NCBI RefSeq assembly: GCF_035084215.1
Contig: NC_090365.1
Coordinates: 11,348,001 to 11,412,000, forward strand
Length of the DNA: 64,000 nucleotides
Origin: Heptranchias perlo
Taxonomy: Eukaryota
Reading direction: 5' to 3'
The notes beneath the pieces were generated by a model, which had not been told where the DNA came from, did no database searches, and saw only the letters and a program-made list of their open reading frames with translations. This document shows, one piece after another, positions 25,713-39,104 of the stretch (positions are counted from its first letter, which is position 1; every line of letters starts with the position of its first letter). The translations under genes and the position numbers were made by a program.

Positions 25713-27228
25713 ACCTTCTTCTCTGCTTTCAGAAACCTCCTTAAAACTCTTTCCTTTTTACCCTCACTTAACGCACTTAGCTTTTCCTTCTCCCTACTTG
25801 CTACTTATCGTGTTGCGATACCTTTCAGTCTGTAATTAGTGTTAAAGAAACGTACGTTGCAGTATAAGGAAGGAATTAAGATTAGGCCAGGTATGACGTC
25901 AATTCTTGACTCTCCAAGGCCAGTTTGCTCCAAAAATGTACCATTGTCATGGAGAAAGTCGTTTGCTTCAGGAAACCAAAGGCAACAGTTGGGTAGGAGC
26001 CTTACCCAGAGCATGATGAATGCCTGAGAATTTACCAGGTGGTTATCTGATTGAGAGGTTGCTAAGAGGTCACCAGCTATGAGAGTGAAGTTTGAGATAT
26101 TTGTACATTCACCTGGACCTCAAGATGAGATTACACCCTTAAAATCACTCCAAGTTATCTTCTTATAGCAGATACTGCAAGCTTCACAGTGTGATCTCAC
26201 TTCGTTTTGTGGCCTGGTTCTTTTGCTAACAGTGTAGATTCTGATTGCTGGTGGCCTCCATCTTGATGTGCGATAATGTCCATGCCAAAGGATTAATAGG
26301 TGTGATGTAATCATTGCAAGTTTCTCAATAAATCTTAATTACCAGAAAGTAATATGACCAGAGCATATTATATACAGGACCACATACAGAATTCGGGGCA
26401 TTCTTGGAGGTTCTACTGGTTAAGGTGATGAGTATCTCATGCCAGGAAGGTCCCATGTCCAGTCATAAATCTGCACTGGCATCTCAGCTGAGGTGGCAGC
26501 ACTGCAATTGGTCTAGGTGGTCCTAGGTTAGGTTGGGGGAGATCACCCTGGGTTTCTACTCCTGATCATCATCCTATCCTCAGTCCATGTGCATGGATGT
26601 CGGGTGAGACCAGGGTTTGGCCGTATTGCCTTCTCAGCACTCAAAATAACCACTGACATTCACTGTCTGAGCTCCTATGTGAGCAATGGTGGCTTGGGCA
26701 AGGTAGCAGAGACTAAGCAGTAGCCATAAACCCATACTCCAGCAAAGGGTCAGTGCTTTCAGGACAGGAGGAAAAGGTGGGGAAATCATACTGTACAATA
26801 TAAATAACAAATAAGCTGTCACGTGGATCTGAAATTACTCTTATCCTTTATTTTAACAAAGACATTAATGGGTTTCAAATGGTAGCTATCTTGCTAAGAT
26901 TGCACAGCAAGATTTCAACCCACTCCAGTGCAGGGTGTTAGACTTCAAACAATGAGGTGATTTTCGAAGTATTTCACAATGTCAATCTCTGAAACTGACT
27001 CCAGCGTCTGTTATTCTATCAGAGACACAACTGGAATTTGAGCAACTGGCTTTATTTCATTTGCAGAAAGTTACTTTTTTACTTGAGGTGGCTGCCATAT
27101 TGGACTATAATAGACGGTATTTGTATGAGGATGTTGTACCACATTATTTGAATTGAAGTGTATTTAATTCACTGCCTTTAGCAGGAAAAAGGAGATTGGA
27201 AATTATAACAAAGAATGGCTTATTTTGT

Positions 27229-28290
27229 AAATACCACTCCCTGTGTATATCACAGCGAATACCACACCCTGTGTATATCACAGTGAATACCACACCCTGT
27301 GTATATCACAGCGAATACCACTCCCTGTATATATCACAGCGAATACCACACCCTGTATATATCACAGCGAATACCACACCCTGTATATATCACAGTGAAT
27401 ACCACTCCCTGTGTATATCACAGCGAATACCACTCCCTGTGTATATCACAGCGAATACCACACCCTGTATATATCACAGCGAATACCACACCCTGTGTAT
27501 ATCACAGCGAATACCACACCCTGTATATATCACAGCGAATACCACACCCTGTATATATCACAGCGAATACCACTCCCTGTGTATATCACAGCGAATACCA
27601 CACCCTGTGTATATCACAGCGAATACCACTCCCTGTGTATATCACAGTGAATACCACTCCCTGTGTATATCACAGCGAATACCACACCCTGTATATATCA
27701 CAGCGAATACCACACCCTGTATATATCACAGTGAATACCACTCCCTGTGTATATCACAGCGAATACCACTCCCTGTGTATATCACAGCGAATACCACACC
27801 CTGTATATATCACAGCGAATACCACACCCTGTGTATATCACAGCGAATACCACACCCTGTATATATCACAGCGAATACCACACCCTGTATATATCACAGC
27901 GAATACCACTCCCTGTGTATATCACAGCGAATACCACACCCTGTATATATCACAGCGAATACCACACCCTGTATATATCACAGTGAATACCACTCCCTGT
28001 GTATATCACAGCGAATACCACACCCTGTGTATATCACAGCGAATACCACTCCCTGTGTATATCACAGCGAATACCACTCCCTGTGTATATCACAGCGAAT
28101 ACCACACCCTGTATATATCACAACGAATACCACTCCCTGTGTATATCACAGCGAATACCACACCCTGTATATATCACAGCGAATACCACACCCTGTGTAT
28201 ATTACAGCAAATACCACACCCTGTGTATATTACAGTGAATACCATACCCTGTGTATATTACAGTGAATACCACTCCCTACGTATATTATG
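27229..28290. repeat. 28-bp minisatellite (cacagcgaataccacaccctgtgtatat), ~38 copies
   Basis: Direct periodicity. Confidence 0.97.
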
Positions 28291-28294
28291 GTGA

Positions 28295-28408
28295 CTATCA
28301 CACCCTGTATACATCGTAAGGCTATCACACCCTGTATACATTGTAAGGCTATCACACCCTGTACACATCATAAGGCTATCACACCCTGTATACATCGTAA
28401 GGCTATTA
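28295..28408. repeat. 27-bp tandem repeat (ctatcacaccctgtatacatcgtaagg), ~4 copies
   Basis: Direct periodicity. Shares the core cacaccctgtata with the adjacent 28-mer. Confidence 0.9.
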
Positions 28409-28533
28409 CAATCAATGGCCTCAGATGACATAAAATATAGCACAGAAACACATTGCAAGCTTTGATTTGTTGCAGCCCCTAAATCACCCCAACACCCGGC
28501 TAATTCAAGTTGCAGTAACAGTTTTGTACTTAC

Positions 28534-28601
28534 TGCCGGTTCAGGTCCTGTAAATTCCATCGCAGCGGAGGGACCTGATGTGGTCTGTAAATATCTGCCA
28601 T
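28534..28601 (-). CDS. Candidate first coding exon of the RasGRP gene (MADIYRPHQVPPLRWNLQDLNR+CA)
   Basis: Strong Kozak context (gccatcATGG), 22 codons plus 2 nt, then a consensus donor CA|gtaagt. Phase 2 matches the acceptor at 297 (CA+G=Gln). Lies in unique sequence with a CCAAT box at 28936-28940. No homology recognised. Confidence 0.4.
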
Positions 28602-28862
28602 GATGGCCCGTTGAAGGTGGAGAGACTTGTTGCACAGTATCAGATATGGTATGACAGGATTAGGAGGAGTCTTGAAACGTGCCACATCGAGTGGCAGGAA
28701 GGGGATACCTAGTGCCAACGTACTACTGGCAAGTGCCAATGCCCCTCGATATTACTGACAGTGATCGAAAAGGGCAGATGACGGCCACAATATTTGCAGT
28801 CTCTCTCTCTCTCCACCACAGGCCTGGTGGTGTCGGTTAGTAAGCATTAGGGGAGTGCTCCA

Positions 28863-28893
<31 letters not shown>

Positions 28894-29607
28894 GGCTGCA
28901 GCACAGACTCTCACACTGAGCAAGCATGCTGCCCCATTGGCTTCTTCTTTCAAAAACCTTTACAGATGGGCCTGTTTCTAATCAACCGAGAGCTTTCAAT
29001 TCAACCTACAATCCCAGCACATGTGAATTTAATCATCAAATCTATTGTTTTTAATCCAACCTTTTTATAGATCAGATATATATAAGTCCTGTTTCTTCTT
29101 GTGCCCAGAAATGTGTAGATTTTTTCCCATTTCCGCCTTCGTATCGGCCGATGGACTTTTAATATTTTTCCTTCTTTTTTTAAACTGAAGCCATTAACGC
29201 ATTTAAAGTGCAATAATTAAATTATTTCTTCCTTGAGTGACACGTTTGAACATCATGACATCATTAGCATGCAAGGTGCCTGTTGGGAGACAGGTACCTG
29301 TTGAACATGAGTTATACTGCCAGCTCTGCACTGCTCCAGGAGATAGAGGTCTTCTATAGGCCTCCTGGGCTACATTTTAACCCAGCTGGCTGTCTGCTAA
29401 CGGTAGAAAGATTTTAAAAGTTTGAAAAAGGTCACAGGCACGTCAAGGGACTGTCTTGGGGATATTTTAAAGTTCACTTTGAAAGCAACTCCCACAGCCG
29501 ATCTCAGACGGCCTGAGTAAATTCCAATTGAGGCGACTTCACACCTGACGTGCGCTGCGCAGTTTGCATCGAAACTGCTTCATGTACACACAGACTGTGT
29601 ATCTGAC

Positions 29608-29785
29608 TTTTTTTTTATTCGTTCATGGGATGTGGGCGTCGCTGTCGAGGCCGGCATTTATTGCCCATCCCTAATTGCCCTCGAGAAGGTGGTGGTGAGC
29701 CGCCTTCTTGAACCGCTGCAGTCCGTGTGGTGACGGTTCTCCCACAGTGCTGTTAGGAAGGGAGTTCCAGGATTTTGACCCAGCT
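29608..29785 (-). mobile_element. HER1-type LINE 3' tail
   Basis: Reverse complement of gggcaattagggatgggcaataaatg...poly(A). Confidence 0.85.
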
Positions 29786-29799
29786 TGGAGATACAGAAA

Positions 29800-30200
29800 A
29801 GAAAGACTGGTATTTCTATTGCACCTTTCGCGACCTCAGGATGTCCCAAAGCGCTTTACAGCTAACGAAGTAATTTTGAAGTGTAGGAATGTAGGAAACG
29901 CAGCAGCCAATTTGCGCACAGCAAACTCCCACAAACAGCAATGTTTTAATGACCTGTTTTAGTAATGTTGGTTGAGAGATAAATATTGGCCAGGGAGAAC
30001 TCCATTGCTCTTCTTCGAAATATTGCCATGGGATTTTTTTTACGTCCACTTGAGAGGGCAGATGGGGCCTCGGTTTAACGTCTCATCTGAAAGATGGCAC
30101 CTCCGACAGTGCAGCACTCCCTCAGTACTGCAGTGGCGTGTCAACCTAGATTTTGTGCTCAAGTCTCTGGAATGGGACTTGAACTCACAACTTTCTGACT
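29800..30200 (-). mobile_element. DeuSINE
   Basis: Deu core and tail. Confidence 0.88.
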
Positions 30201-30329
30201 CAATAACACTCCAGTCCCAATTTTCTTTTATACTGACATTGATTATTTCTTTGGATTTAGCAAATGGAAGATATAGCTGCCTTGTACCAGAGGACAGAAA
30301 CATTTACCATTACTCAGTCCAACCCTGCT

Positions 30330-30366
<37 letters not shown>

Positions 30367-30489
30367 AGTTGTGGTTTCAAGTACCACTCCAAGGTGTGAC
30401 GACATAAATCTCGGCTGGTACTTCAGTGCAGTGCTGTGGAAGTACTGCATTATTCGATCTGTCATGAATGCTCAACATTTTGTAGAATG

Positions 30490-31950
30490 AAAAGAAAGAC
30501 TTTCACGACCTCAGGACGTCCCAAAGCACTTTACAGCCAATGAAGTACTTTTCAAGCATAGTCAATGTTGTAATGTAGGAAACGCAGCAGTCAATTTGCG
30601 CACAGCAAGATCCCACAAACGGCATTGAGATAATGACTGGATAATCTGTTTTTTTAGTGATGTTGATTGAGGGATAAATGTTGGCCAGGACACCTTGGAG
30701 AACTCCCCTGCTCCTCTTCGAATGGTGCCATGGGATCTTTTACAACAATAACAACTTGCATTTATATAGCGCCTTTAACATAGTAAAACTTCCCAAGGTG
30801 CTTCACACGAGCGATTTTGACACCGAGACATCTAAGGAGATATTAGGACAGGTGACCAAAAACTTGGTCAAAGAGGTAGGTTTTAAAGAGCATCTTAAAG
30901 GAGGAGAGAGAGAGATAGAGAGGCGGAGAGGTTTAGGGAGGGAATTCCAGAGCTTAGGGTCTAGGCAACTGAAGGCATGGCCATCAATGGTGGGGCGATT
31001 AAAGTTGGGGATGAGCATAAGGCAAGAATTGGAGGATTGCAGAGATCTCGGAGGGTTGTGGGGCTAGAGGAGGGTATAGAGATAGGGAGGGGCGAGGCCA
31101 TGGAGGGATTTGAACACAAGCATGAGAATTTTAAAATTGAGGCGTTGCCGGACGGGGAGCCAGTGTAGGTCAGCGAGCACAGGGGTGACGAGAGAACGGA
31201 ACTTGTTGTGAGTTAGGGTATGAGCAGCAGAGTAATGGATGAGCCCAAGTTTAAGAAGGGTGGAAGATGAGAAGCTGGCCAGGAGAGCATTGGAATAGTC
31301 GAGTCTAAAGGTAACAAAGGCATGGATGAGGGTTTCAGCAGCAGATGAGCTGAGGCGGGGCAGAGACGGGCGATGTTACAGAGGTGGAAGTAGGCGGTCT
31401 TGGCGATATGTGGTCAGAAGCTCATCTCAGGGTCAAATAGGATGCCAAGGTTGCGACCAGTCTGGTTCAGCCTCAGACAATGGCCAGGAAGAGGGATGGA
31501 GTCGGTGGCTAAGGAACGGAGTTTGTGGCGGGGATCGAAGACAATGGCTACGGTCTTCCCGATATTTAGTTGGAGGAAATTTTTGCTCATCCAGGATGTC
31601 AGGCAAGCAGTGTGACAAATGAGAGGCAGTGGAGGAGTTGAGGGAGTCAGAGTTGAGGTAGACCTGGGTGTTGCCAGCGTACATGTGGAATGTGCTTTCG
31701 GATGATGAGGGCAGCATGTAGATGAGAAATAGGAGGTGGTCAAGGATAGATCCTTGGGATTCTCCAGAGGTAACGGTGCGGGAGCGGGAAGAGAAGCCGT
31801 TGCATCTACTTGATAGGGGAGACGGGGCCTCGGTTGAACATCTCATCCGAAAGACAGCACCTCCGACAGTGCAGCACTCCTTCAGTACTGCACTGGAGTG
31901 TCAGACTATAGAGACCATGGAGTGGGACGTGAAACCCATTAGCTTCTACC
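30490..31950 (-). mobile_element. DeuSINE split by a ~1.06-kb L2-type insertion (30743-31802)
   Basis: The SINE breaks at gggatcttttaca| and resumes at catctact...gacggggcctcgg. The insert has an L2 tail and RT motifs. Confidence 0.85.
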
Positions 31951-32418
31951 TCAAAGACGAGAACTATGGCTGGCAAGCTTCATTTTGTAGAAATGATGTC
32001 ATTCATGCAACACTAACATGTGGCGAAAATATTCACACAGAGCCAAGACTTTCCCTGTATTTGAGTCAAAAATTATCAGCTTCATCCTCGGACTTTCTGA
32101 GCGGAACAAAGAAATTATTACAGACAAAAAGAATGCTGGAAATGCACAACATCTGATGTAGGGAGATAGGTAATGCTTTGGATATAACCTTTCATCAGAA
32201 CCTCAAGGTGTTTTGAGATGCTGATTAATCTGAGGTACAATTTTAGAATTTTCTGTTTTTATTTAAGCAATTATTACAGATGGATTGTCATAACATTTCA
32301 ATGAGAATAGATCTCCCTTTATGATGCATATGTCCAATCTTGGATCTAGCTTTTACTGGTATATCCAGCCTTGGATGTAACACTTTTTGAGACATTCTGA
32401 TTGCAGGTGTAGCCCTCC

Positions 32419-32658
32419 CTAATATACACCACCCTTGGGTGTAAGACTCCCTGATATTACCCAACCACAGATAGATATTCTCTAATATATCCCACCCTTG
32501 GATCTAAGACACCCTGATAATACCCAACCACAAGTATGAAACTCTCTAATATACACAACTCTTGGGTATATGACTCCCTGATATTACCCAACCACAGATA
32601 CGATATTCTCTAATATATCCCACCCTTGGATCTCTCTTCCTGATAATACCCAGCCACT
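32419..32658. repeat. Degenerate ~63-bp tandem repeat (~127-bp higher-order unit)
   Basis: Recurring ctaatata..ccacccttgg...ccctgata.tacccaaccaca. Confidence 0.8.
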
Positions 32659-34569
32659 GTCTGATTACAGCTCCATTGATATCTTTGCCCGGTGTAATAC
32701 TGAGCCCAGAGGGTTCATTCCTTAATTTGTACTGGGTTAGGTAATGGGATGGTGGTGGAGAGGTTACAATTGACCTCAGCGTTTCTGAGCGAAAAAAACA
32801 ATTAGCCCAGTGCTCCCACTCTTGATCGCAACCCAGTGACTTCTGCTAGAATGTGAGTATGTGTAAACGTCAGGTGAAGACTGCACCAGACTCGGCTCTG
32901 ACCCCCCCCGCCCACAGCTCAATGACCTTCAACATCAAACTTCACACCCATGAAGAATGGCCAATTGACCAAAGTCCTGGAAGACATCTGGTGTCCATGG
33001 AGGCATTTTCAGGAGAGGAGAATGAGGTAAGGGGGGTAAAATTGCTATCAAAAAACGCCTCTCTCGTAAACTCCACATACCGCACGAGAACACAAGCTGA
33101 TTTACCACACACCTTGGTAGAGTGCTCTCCAATGTAATCCAAGCCTTCTCTCTAACCCTAAGAGAGTGAAGAGGAGGTGACAAATATTCATTTGACTCTG
33201 CGGAAGGGCAGTAATCAAATTTAATCTGGGACTAACCATTCTTAATTGCAATATATTTGGCAGACCTCACCCCATAAAACATGGATTCTTGGGTAGACCC
33301 CAGCAGATTCTGTGCTGGGAAAGGTGACAAAGATTTATTTAACATATCAATGTGATTGCTGAGTGTTTCACAGTGTATTCACACTTTACAAATCGAGCGC
33401 CGGTACAGAGTCGAAAAAGCATCACACCAAAACTTAACCCAGAGTGTAATTCTGGTGTGAAAACCCAAACTGACTCGGAAGCAAAGTGGACTGAGCAAGA
33501 AGACTCAACTCTTCCTTCATTCCGGGGTCAGGTCAGGATTTGATTTAAGCTGCATTCGCATGATCGGGCCTTAATTTAGCACTCCTGCTTCTCCTGGCCC
33601 ACAAGGAAACAAAAAGAGAAATAAAATGAACTTACCTTTTTTGGGGCCTCCTCTTGCTGGCTGGTCGGCCTGGTGGGGAAACCAGTTAAAATTCCAGTCG
33701 GGCCCTAGTGACCTCATGGGAGCCCGATCTGCGTATTTTTGACTGACCAAAACACCAGACAGACAGAGGGGAATCTCACCATCAGTCACCGCTCCCATTT
33801 GTTGGACTATAACTTGGTGTTGTAAAATTGTTTACAATTATTTAAAGAAGGACCCTGCTGCCTTCTGCAGGTGTCCCTCTCGCCAGCTCGAAAGAGCAGG
33901 TTAAGATTGCAACCGGGATCAGGACGGGTAAGGGGCACCCGCCATTTTAAGTGCCCACCCCCTCCAACCTGGTTTCTAATGGGCGGGCAAGGTTAACGTC
34001 AGCCCTATGTGTTTGTCCGCTACCATCCCCAACTGTAATTTCTTGACTATAAAATGATAATACATAGAATTCATAGAATCGTACAGCACAGAAGGAGGCT
34101 GTTCGGCCCATCGTGCCTGTGCCGGCTCTTTAAGAGCTATCCAATTAGTCCCACTCTCCAGCTCTTTTCCCAGAGCACTAATGTTCTCTTTAAAAAGCCA
34201 AATTTTTTAATTGTTAAAATCAACCCTATGTCTGCTAACATCCCCAACTGTAATTTTTTGACTATGAAATGATAATACATGGAATGAATCACTTCATGAC
34301 GCATCTATTTAAATGGTTCTGATTCTAGTTTATTTATCTTCTGGGGCCACAAAACTGTGGGACTCCTCGGTCTTTCCTTCCGCCTACAAGTTACAAGCTT
34401 TTAAATCCAACATTGGCGTCACTACTTCCTAATTTATCTCGGCTTTTTTTCTGTTTCTGTTTCAACCTTGGTGTTGTCTGCACTGTTGGCCTTTCTCCTC
34501 GGTTTCCCAATAAATTTTTTAAAAAGTGATGTTTCCCGTTTAGAGAACAGAAAAGATTTCCATTTATAA

Positions 34570-35027
34570 AAGAAAGAACTTGCATTTATATCAGGCCATT
34601 CACGATCTCACGATGTCCCAAAGCACGTTACAGCCAATGAAGTACTTTTGAAGTGTAGTCACTGTTGTAATGTAGGAAACGCGGCAGCCAATTTGTGCAC
34701 AGCAAGATCCCACAAACAGCAACGAGATAATGAGCAGATAATCTGATTTAGGTGTTGGTTGAGGGATAAATATTGGCCGGGACACCAGGGAGAACTCCCC
34801 TGCTCTTCTTCAAATATTGCCGTGGGATTATTTACATCCACCCGAGAGGGCAGACAGGGCCACGGTTTAACATCTCAACCGAAAGACGGCACCTCCGGCA
34901 GTGCAGCACTCCCTCAGAACTGGCACTGGAGTGTCAGCCTAGATTTTGTGCTCAAGTCCCTGGAATGGGGCTTAAACCCATGACCTTCTGAATCAGAGGC
35001 GAGAGTGCTACCTACTGAGCCATGGCT
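34570..35027 (-). mobile_element. DeuSINE, full length
   Basis: Head, core and tail all present. Confidence 0.9.
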
Positions 35028-35176
35028 CCCACACAAACCAAGCTTCCTTTTGTAGAAATGACGTAGTTCATGCAAAAATACTGGCTAACACGCTACCTGC
35101 GAGCGGCCAAAACACCAGGATTATAGAAATGAGGCCCAGCCCTCAAAGTGACGCAGCCTCTCCCCAGCGATGTCAG

Positions 35177-35420
35177 AGTCATAGAGTCATACAGCACGGA
35201 TAGAGGCCCTTCAGCCCATCGTGTCCGCGCCGGCCATCAAGCCCTGTCTACTCTAATCCCATATTCCAGCATTTGGTCCATAGCCTTGTATGCTATGGCA
35301 TTTCAAGTGCTCATCCAAATGCTTCTTGAATGTTGTGAGGGTTCCTGCCTCCACAACCCTCTCAGGCAGTGAGTTCCAGACTCCAACCACCCTCTGGGTG
35401 AAAAAGTTCTTTCTCAAATC
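35177..35420 (-). mobile_element. CR1 3' fragment
   Basis: agtcatagagtcatacagcac tail and a minus-strand FFTQRVVGVWNSL motif. Confidence 0.8.
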
Positions 35421-35807
35421 CCAGGTGGGCGCTGCTCCCGCTGTTCACCCAAGGTCTTCCCATTGTCAACATCTACCCCGTGGAGTCTGGAAGAAGCTGC
35501 CTGGAAGGGCACCATACTTTCTCACATTCGCAGGTACCTTCCATGGCTTCTTTGGCATCACGTGGTCATCATTGTTGATTTGAAAGGCTACCGTCTCAAA
35601 GAAAAGGAGTCTGGAGATTCCTCCTGGGATCCAGAGCATGAAACCCCCTTTAAAGGACTCCTGGTGTTGAGGGACATTCCTTACAAGTGTGTATTGTCAC
35701 CTCTTGAAGCTCGTAGATAAGTTATTTAATAGAATAATAAAGCCATAAGGGCTATGTATTCAATATAAGCTAAAATAGGCAACGTACCTATTATCTATAC
35801 AGGTATG

Positions 35808-37277
35808 CTCTCCACAGGTACTGTCCCCCTCCCTTTCAAAACCGCTATCATCACCCATTTCCTTAAAAAAACCTCTGTCCTTACAAATTACCGTCCCATC
35901 TTCAACCTCCCTTTCCCCTCCAAAGTCCTTGAATGTGTCATTGCCTCCCAAATCCATGGCAACCTTTCCCACAACTCCATCTTTAAATCTTGAAGGTTTC
36001 CGCTCTGCCACAGCACTAGAACAGCCCGAACCAAAGTCACATCCTCTGTGACATTGACTGTGGTGCGTTGTCCCTTCTTGTCCTGCTCAAACTCTCTGCA
36101 GTCTTTGACATGGTCGACGACACCATCCTCCTCCAACACCTCTCCTCCACTGTCCTGCTCAGTGGCACTTCCCTCATTTGGTTCCATTCTTACCTATCTA
36201 ATCGTAGCCAGAGCATCTCCATCAATGGCTTCTCTTCCTGCCCCTACACCATTACCTCTGGAGTCCACCCAAGGATCTATCCTTGACCCCCTCTTCTTCC
36301 TCAACTACAAACCCCTTTTAGCCCCTTGGCAACATCATCTGAAGATCTGGGACAAACTTCCACCTGTACGCAAACAGCTCTACCTCTCCACCTCTCTCAA
36401 ACCCTCCACTGCCTCTGTGTTGTCAGACTGCTTGATCGACATCCAATCTTGGATGAGCGACAACTTACTCCAGTTAAACATGGAGGAGCCCTAAGCCATC
36501 GTGTTCGGCTCCCACCACAAACTCTGTACCCTCGGCACCGATTCCAACCCTCTCCCCGGCCATTGAACCAGACTGTTCACAACTTCAGAGTCCTGTTTGA
36601 CCTGGAGCTGAGCTTCTGACCCCATATGTTCTCCATCACAAAAAACGCCTACTTCCACCTCGGTAACATCATCCACCTCTGGCCCTGCCTCAGTCCATCT
36701 TCTGCTGAAACTCACCTAAGCCTTTGTTACCTCCAGACTCAACTATTCCAATGCTCTCCTGGCCGGCCTCCTATCCTCCGCCCTCCGAAAACTTCAGCTC
36801 ATCCAAAACTCTGCTGCCCATATCCTATCCTGCTTGACCTCTCTGACCCTACAATGGCTCACAATCTCCAAGTGCCTTAAATTTAGAATGATCATCCTTG
36901 TATTTAAATCTTCATGGCCTCATCTCTCCCTATCTCTGTAAACTCCTTTAACCCTACAAACAACCCCCACAATCTCTCCTTTCATTTGCCTCTTGTGTAT
37001 CGTCCCTCCCTTCACCCCACCTTTGGCAGCCGTGCCTGCAGCTGCCCAGCCCTTAAGCTGTGGACTTCCTTCCCTAAACCTCTCTGCCTCTCCACCTTCC
37101 TCTCCTCCTTTATGACCCTCGTTAAAACCCACCTCTGACCAAGTTTTTGATCGCCCATCCTGACAGCTCCTTCTTTGGGTTGGCCTTCACTTTGTTTTGT
37201 TGATTACGCTCTGGTGAAGTCCCTTAGAACATTTCTCCACGTGAAAGGCGCTATATAAATGCAAGTTGTTGTTGTTA
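35808..37277 (+). mobile_element. L2-type LINE, ~1.5-kb decayed ORF2 plus tail
   Basis: Motifs NYRPIFNLPFPSKVLE and LLVLLKLSAVFDMVD. Ends gcgctatataaatgcaagttgttgttg. Confidence 0.9.
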
Positions 37278-37294
37278 AGGCGTGTCTTCCCAGG

Positions 37295-37744
37295 GATACC
37301 AGAAAGGGTTTAATTATGAGGACAGGTTGCATAAACTAGGCTTGTAATCCCTTGAATATAGACGATTAAGGGGTGATCTAATTGAGGTCTTTAAGATGAT
37401 TAAAGGATTTGATAAGGTAGATCTAGAGAAACTATTTCTTCTGATGGGGGGAGTCCAGAACAAGGGGGCATGACCTTAAAATTGGAGCTCGGCCGTTCAG
37501 GAGTGATGTCAGGAAGCACTTCTTCACACAAAGGGTAGTGGAAATCTGGAACTCTCTCCCCCAAAAAGCTGTTGAGGCTGGGGGTCAATTGAAAATTTCA
37601 AAACTGAGATTGATAAATTTTTGTATTAAAGGATACAGAACTAAGGCGGGCAAATGGAGTTAAGATAGAGATCAGCCATGATCTAATTGAATGGCGGAAC
37701 AGGCTCGAGGGGCTGAATGGCCTACTCCTGCTCCTATGTTCCTA
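37295..37744 (+). mobile_element. CR1 3' fragment
   Basis: Same subfamily as 3105-3502. Confidence 0.88.
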
Positions 37745-38154
37745 AGACACACACTGTCTATTGGGAATTTGACACGGTAAGGGGCTTGTGTACATTATCT
37801 GGAGCGAGTGCTGACTCGGAAGGGTTTTGAGTTGTTTTGCGAGGTGTGAAAAGCTCGGGCCCCTCTCGGTCAGCCAGGTCTGTTGGAAGTTGCAGACAAG
37901 CAGATGCTGAATTCTTTAGTCCTGAACAGTTTTACTGCTCTCCTGCTGTGATTTTATTAAATAAGTGTTTATTGTAATTCCCTGGCAATGGGGACTTTCA
38001 AGGACACCATTAATTCCATCTGTTGCCCTGGAAATGATGTGAGCCCATTTTACTGAATATGCTACCCATAGTTAGACCTGCCAACTCAGAACCATCTGGA
38101 GGCAGCGTCACTCCTTTTGGTTTATAAATGCCCCTAGTTTTGCCACATTAAATG

Positions 38155-38517
38155 GGTTCGGTAGTGTAGTGGTTATATTACTAGACTAATAATCCAGATC
38201 AAACGTGAGTTCAAATCCCACCATGGTAGTTTGGGAATTTAAATTCAGATTTTAAAAATCTGGAAATATAATGCATCTGTTAAAGTGACCATGTAGCTGT
38301 CAGATTGTCGTAAAAACCCATCTGGTTCACTAATGTGCTTTAGGGAAGGAAACCTGCCGTCCTTACCCGGTCTGGGCCTATGTGTGACTCCAGTCCCATG
38401 CCAATGTGGTTGATTCTTTAACTTGCAGACCACCGCCTCCTCAGGGCAGCTGGGGACGGGTAATAAATGCCCGCCTTGCCAGCGATGCCCACATCCCGAG
38501 AGTGAATAATAAAAAAA
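38155..38517 (+). mobile_element. tRNA-derived SINE with HER1-type 3' tail
   Basis: Head gtagtgtagtggttat...gagttcaaatccca. Tail aataaatgcccgccttgccagcgatgcccacatccc. Confidence 0.8.
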
Positions 38518-39104
38518 CCTCACTGTTAAAAGTGAAATGAAGTTAAGTAGATCTGTGATCTGTTTCCCTCTTTTTGATCAGACTTCTCACCCCTAATATT
38601 TCCCCGACAGTCTTGCCCAGAAAGTTGATATCATCACAGGACTGAGAGTGATTTCTGGTTCTAAAGTTACAGTGGGTCCTGCATTATCTAACTACATTCC
38701 TATTATCTGGCATGTCATATATCTATGAACGTTTTTTGCAAGCCTTGGGTGAGACAGTGGCTCACTGTAAGGCTCCATTTGATGTTTGTATTGTCCTTGT
38801 CTTCATTCCTGTCCAGAGGACATTTCCCACGGATAAACTAGGCCTCTGAGCCTGCCAGTGGCATAAGGGGACGGGGTTTAACGGTGTAAACAGCGCCAAT
38901 TGGCACATGGATAAGAGTTTGCTAGAATCTGAAGTACAACTGAAGTAGCATAAAATGCAAGGACGAAATTTGGGCTCTCAATTATCCACCTAATTCTATT
39001 ATCCATGGGAAGGGGCTGGAGTGTGATAGTGGAGCCCCCATTGCACAATCATTATTAATTAAAGAATAATAATTAAAGAATAGTTGTGATATTTCAATCA
39101 TAGA

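Noticed and set aside
22733..28294. Long ORFs over the 31-bp and 28-bp arrays, or a CRISPR-like array
   Set aside because: Head-to-tail repeats with no unique spacers and no cas genes, in a vertebrate context.
33630..33700. Strong minus-strand donor AAG|gtaagt
   Set aside because: The phase-2 frame has an upstream stop and no ATG, and the context looks like a dispersed repeat.
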